From a bacterium (GTDB taxonomy: Bacteria; Hinthialibacterota; Hinthialibacteria; Hinthialibacterales; Hinthialibacteraceae): a DNA stretch of 42,116 nucleotides. Below, one piece after another: positions 38,387-42,116 of the stretch. The first letter of the stretch is position 1. Each line of letters begins with the position of its first letter. The stretch is taken from contig CAXXSM010000003.1 in assembly GCA_963663405.2 (NCBI GenBank), positions 1-42,116 of the forward strand, written 5' to 3'. Made by a program: the position numbers and the translations under genes. A model generated the notes under the pieces. That model saw nothing but the letters and a program-made list of their open reading frames with translations, searched no databases and had not been told where the DNA came from.

Positions 38387-40948
38387 TTATCCGAGTAATG
38401 AAAGCAGCCCCTGCGGTAGGAAATTCGCCTGCGCAAGGACCGACGTGCCCGCCTGGAACAAGATCTGATTGGATGTGAAGGCCGATACTTCCGAGGCGAT
38501 ATCCACATCGCTGATCCGGGATTCCGACGCGGAAAGGTTTTCAGAACTGACCGATAGGCTGCTGATTGTTGTCTCCATCCGGTTGGTGAACGCGCCCAAG
38601 GTGGACCGGGTCCGGCTGACTTGATCGAGCGCTTTATCCACAATTTCGAGCGCCTGGTTGACGCCGGAAATTGTCGTGACATTGATGACAGATACAGTTT
38701 TCCCGCTGCCGCGTCCATAACCGAGATTGTCGCCACTTAAATCAGGGATATTGATTCGTAAATCCTGTCCTTTAAACGGTCCAATCTGGAAATTGAGAGA
38801 ATTGTTGATCGTAGACAGGAGAATCGCTCGTCCTGTGTTGGCGGATCCATCTGTGGGCGGACCGGTAATGTCGATTACGCTGTCGAAATTCAGCAATATG
38901 GTCTCCGCCACACCTTCAACCTCGCCGCTTTCAAAGAAAACGTTTTGGTCGCCGTTTTGGAAGGTGACCAGAGGCCCTCCATTCAAACTGCCGACGAATT
39001 CCTGCGCTTTGACTTCCAGTGTATCCGAGCCCTGGGTAAAGATGGAATCTTCCAACGAAGTCCGGGAACCGCCACCGAACCGCATGGTCAATTGTGGTGT
39101 GGATTCACCCAGCTTGGTCGGCTCCGTTCCGTAGAGAGTCACCGTCTCCCCAGCCTCTACGCGGATTCGTTCTCCCCCGTCTACGACGATCGTGGCGACT
39201 TCCGGATTTCCATCAATCGCGATTTGTGATCGATCCGAAAGAGTGCGCGTCGTGTTATTATCTTCCACTTTCATAAAGAAACTGGATTCAGAATAATTCG
39301 CGGTGTCGTCGATCAGTTGAAGCGTGCCCGCGCCGGTCAGTGTCAACACTGCGTCTTCAAACGCGCTCTGTCCGTCTGGGCCTTGGACGCCTTGGGAGCG
39401 GTCGCGGTAATTCAATTCCCGGATCAATCCTTCGATCGTTGCGAACTGCCCGTCTCCCAGGTCGGTGTCCGTGTTGACGCTATTAGAGATGGTAAAAACA
39501 TTTTGGAATGTGGAGCCGTCGGCGTTGGTCCCCTCGAAAGTGAACACATCATTGGCTTCAAACAGAATCCCGCTTTCCGCCGTGGTGAAATCCGAATTGA
39601 CAAACGTTCCATTCAGGATCACATTGCCCGCTAATTTCAAACTGGCGGTCCGGGAAAGAATGGCGCCCTGCAGATCCGTAAAGACAAGAGTGCCGTCCAT
39701 TTTCCGGCGGTTTGGAGGCAGGACATCAGAAACTTCGATCTGAAAATTCCCTGTGTCGAACGTGGATCCAGTAATCGCCTGCCACCGTGTTCCCATACTG
39801 TCCCCCCACGTCTTGTCCTTTGACGTAATCGCGCGTGGAGACTGTCGATCGTTAAGGTCTCCCACGCTGTTTGTAACGTTAAAACTATTTGGAATGAGAG
39901 GGAGCGTCAGTGATATTCGAAAAACTGGTCTTGGTATCTCCCTCCTCTTTGGCGCTGAAAAAACCGAATTCGTCCCTCCGAGGTATCGCCGACACCGACT
40001 GCGGCGATGCTGACGTGTGTCTGCACGAAACTGCCGGGGATGTTGAGAGAAACACCCCAAACAAAGCCACCTCGCGTTGTCGATCGCCGCCTGAACCTGT
40101 TCGATCAAATCCCGCAATGTATGAGCGCCCATCGAATCGGACACACTGATGGCGCCCGCGAACGGCGTTACACCATCCGACAGTACGCCTTGAAACGCGA
40201 TCATATCGCTGGCGCCGATCGAGACGCCATCGAATGTGAGGGCGTTTTAAGGTGTCATCCATACCCGCCGCCCGGCCCGCCGCGTCCCGAACAAACTGCC
40301 CCGTCGTGACGGCGATATCGGTCGAATCTTTGATTCCCGTGGCGAATATGCTTGGCCGTCATCTTTCTTATATGGAATAAGGTTTTCATATCCTTTCATT
40401 GGTTCGAATAAGATTGAGTATTGATGTGCCGGCGCGGAGACTGCTCGCGTTTGGATCGCTGGAAACTTGCACGCCGATATCATCCTGCCCCCCTGTGACG
40501 CCTGTCACGGTGGCGTTATCGCCAGTAAAAAGAAGGCGCGAACTGAATCGCGCAGTGGAAGCGATGCGGTTGACTTCGTCGACTTGTTGAAAGACCTCAT
40601 CTTGGATCGCTTGGATCGAAGCGGCGTCGTTGGTTCCTGTATTCCGGCGGCGATGGCCAATTCCCGGATCCGTTGGAGACTAGAGACCAGCGAATCCAAA
40701 GACGCTTCAGACGTGTTGGCCATGCTGATGCCGTTTTCCGCGTTGAGGATCGCTTGATTGGTGCCTGCGAATCTGCGTTCGCAGCCGTTCGCGAATGGTC
40801 AGACCCGCAGCGTCATCGCCCGCCCGATTATACGCAGTCCAGAGGACAATCGTTCAATATTCTTGTTTAGTCTTGTGCTGATCCGGTTGAGATTGCGCGA
40901 CGACGCCGATATGGAGGCGATATTATTGTTGATACGCGTAATGCTCAT
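38387..40948 (-). pseudogene. fliC: Flagellin 3 (about 850 aa), 5' third broken by several frameshifts, likely assembly errors
   Basis: ATG 40948 reads MSITRINNNIASI...NIERLSSGLRI, with further fragments in other frames (ANTSEASLD..VSSLQRIRELAI). The C-terminal part is intact (RSTLGAFTNRME...QILFQAGTSVLAQANFLPQGLLSLLG). Confidence 0.88.
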
Positions 40949-40975
40949 GGTTCGTATCCTCCCTGATACTTAAGG

Positions 40976-41027
40976 CCCAACATCCGTGTCGGGGTTTTGA
41001 AGCGTTCCCCATCCATCCTGCGGGGAA
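40976..41027 (-). promoter_or_regulatory. Two GGA-loop (CsrA-type) hairpins in the flagellin 3 leader
   Basis: CCCGAC-ACGGAT-GTTGGG and TTCCCC-GCAGGATGGAT-GGGGAA. Confidence 0.7.
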
Positions 41028-41169
41028 AGTAGAGCGTGAGCGTTCGCCGTATCTTGATAGGGGTCAGTCTCGTGGCTCGTTCCAGAGCTAAGGCGATTTA
41101 TGTTAATCGTAACCCGTTCTTCTTCTGGAGCGGCTCGCGTTTGGAGACCATGTGAAGCGCTCTCCAGGA

Positions 41170-41195
41170 TTATCGCCACAATTATATGAACTTGA
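41170..41195 (-). promoter_or_regulatory. Candidate sigma28 promoter for flagellin 3
   Basis: Minus strand TCAA-N14-GGCGATAA; spacer is 1 nt short, in an indel-prone region. Confidence 0.4.
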
Positions 41196-41407
41196 GCCTT
41201 CGCGGCTTTTCACATTCAACCGATATACCCTTCCTGATTTCCTCACCCTGCAATCATTCAATCTTCATTCTTCAATCACTAGGAATCTTCCTTTTTGGAT
41301 ATCGGCCTTTGGGGAATTGACTTTATACTATTTTTACATAAACCATTCCTTCTACATGTTCACTGTCTACCATGAATCAATAGAAGCAATGAACTGACGG
41401 AGAAACA

Positions 41408-41962
41408 GTGTTGGATTCAAGTGAATTGACAATATTTGATTGTTGGAATGATTGCTGTGGCGCTGGGCTGCGACGCGTTTTCCGTGGCGCTGGGGATTGG
41501 CGCGGGAAAACCGTTCAAGGGACAGACGTCCGCCTGGGATTCCATTTTGGATTGTTCCAAGCGCTGATGCCCATCATCGGCTGGGGGATCGGATCCGGCG
41601 CCGTGAGATGGGTTCGGGAATGGGATCATTGGCTTGCGTCGGGGATTGTGCTCCTCATCGCCGTTCATACGCTCGTAGAAGCGATGCGTCTAACCGGAAC
41701 GCCGAAAATCGATTTCTCCGTGGGTGGTATTTAGTGACGCTTTCCACCGCGACGAGTATAGACGCCCTTGCAGTGGGTCTTGTTTTGGCGTCGCGGAGAT
41801 CGCTCTTGGGGGCCGTGTCTAGCGATTGGACTCGTTGCCGGGGGGATGACTGTTTCGGGTTTATATATTGGGCGTTTTTTGAAAGCGTCGTTTGGCCAAA
41901 TTGTTGAGATCGCCGGGGGGATTCTTCTTCTTATCGTCGCCATGAAATTATCGACGATTTGA
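41408..41962 (+). pseudogene. mntP: Manganese efflux pump MntP, split by frameshifts (likely assembly errors)
   Basis: Fragments in three frames: MIAVALGCDAFSVALGIG, FGLFQALMPIIGW..DHW, LSTATSIDALAVG, and GRFL...EIAGGILLLIVAMK. Confidence 0.8.
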
Positions 41963-42000
41963 GCTGGAGGAAAGACGGGGATTTATCCCCTGATTCTCTA

Positions 42001-42116
42001 TCAAGCCAGTAGAAATCCCAGTATTCCCGCGCGATAACGTAATAGATCATTGGCCGGATTGTGATCCGGATCAGATCGCCTTCCCGGCCGACCAGCCCTA
42101 CAACCGCCGCCGCCGC
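42001..42116 (-). CDS. L-lactate permease C-terminus (partial, one apparent indel)
   Basis: AAAAVVGLVGREGDLIRITIRPMIYYVIA / GILGFLLA*, the typical LctP end. Confidence 0.65.
   Translation of the reverse strand, partial: GGGGCRAGRPGRRSDPDHNPANDLLRYRAGILGFLLA

Noticed and set aside
41300-41407. yybP-ykoY Mn riboswitch before mntP
   Set aside because: Only TTTGGGGA resembles the consensus; the GAGTAG, GTCAAC and GAGAC elements are not matched. The region is error-prone, so a cmscan is still worthwhile.
1-42116. Alternative genetic code or stop-codon readthrough
   Set aside because: Conserved genes end normally at TAA, TAG and TGA, and the interruptions are frame changes rather than in-frame stops.

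Overview
Bacterial chromosomal window. Most genes are moderately GC-rich, with several AT-rich islets. The left half holds trpE/pabB (3' end) and trpG/pabA, an AT-rich XRE-HTH/ImmA-IrrE peptidase + DUF4411 PIN pair, a secreted amidohydrolase, a TIGR01777 epimerase, a Tat-type Gfo/Idh/MocA oxidoreductase and a GlcD-like FAD oxidase. It also holds a second AT-rich orphan + PIN pair, a TPR-like protein, a stand-alone IMP-cyclohydrolase half of PurH, a FlgT-C-like protein, a fucose-isomerase-family gene, gyrA without gyrB, an MBL hydrolase, and a large secreted FG-GAP protein with a 42-bp Pro/Thr tandem repeat. The right half is a flagellar filament locus on the minus strand: fliS, a long fliD, flaG and three paralogous giant flagellins (about 850-865 aa), interleaved with a CgeB-type glycosyltransferase and a degenerate methyltransferase-like gene. 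The window ends with mntP and a lactate permease tail. The last ~2 kb is riddled with indels, probably assembly error. The most notable non-genic signals are four. (1) A three-copy palindromic intergenic repeat with a 58-bp core and compensatory changes. (2) A ~690-nt structured leader with a terminator/antiterminator switch ahead of flagellin 2. (3) A conserved C-ANGGAN-G CsrA-type hairpin in front of all three flagellins. (4) Sigma28-like promoters. Both PIN-domain genes carry a single +1 frameshift. All calls are by manual inspection; no database searches were run.
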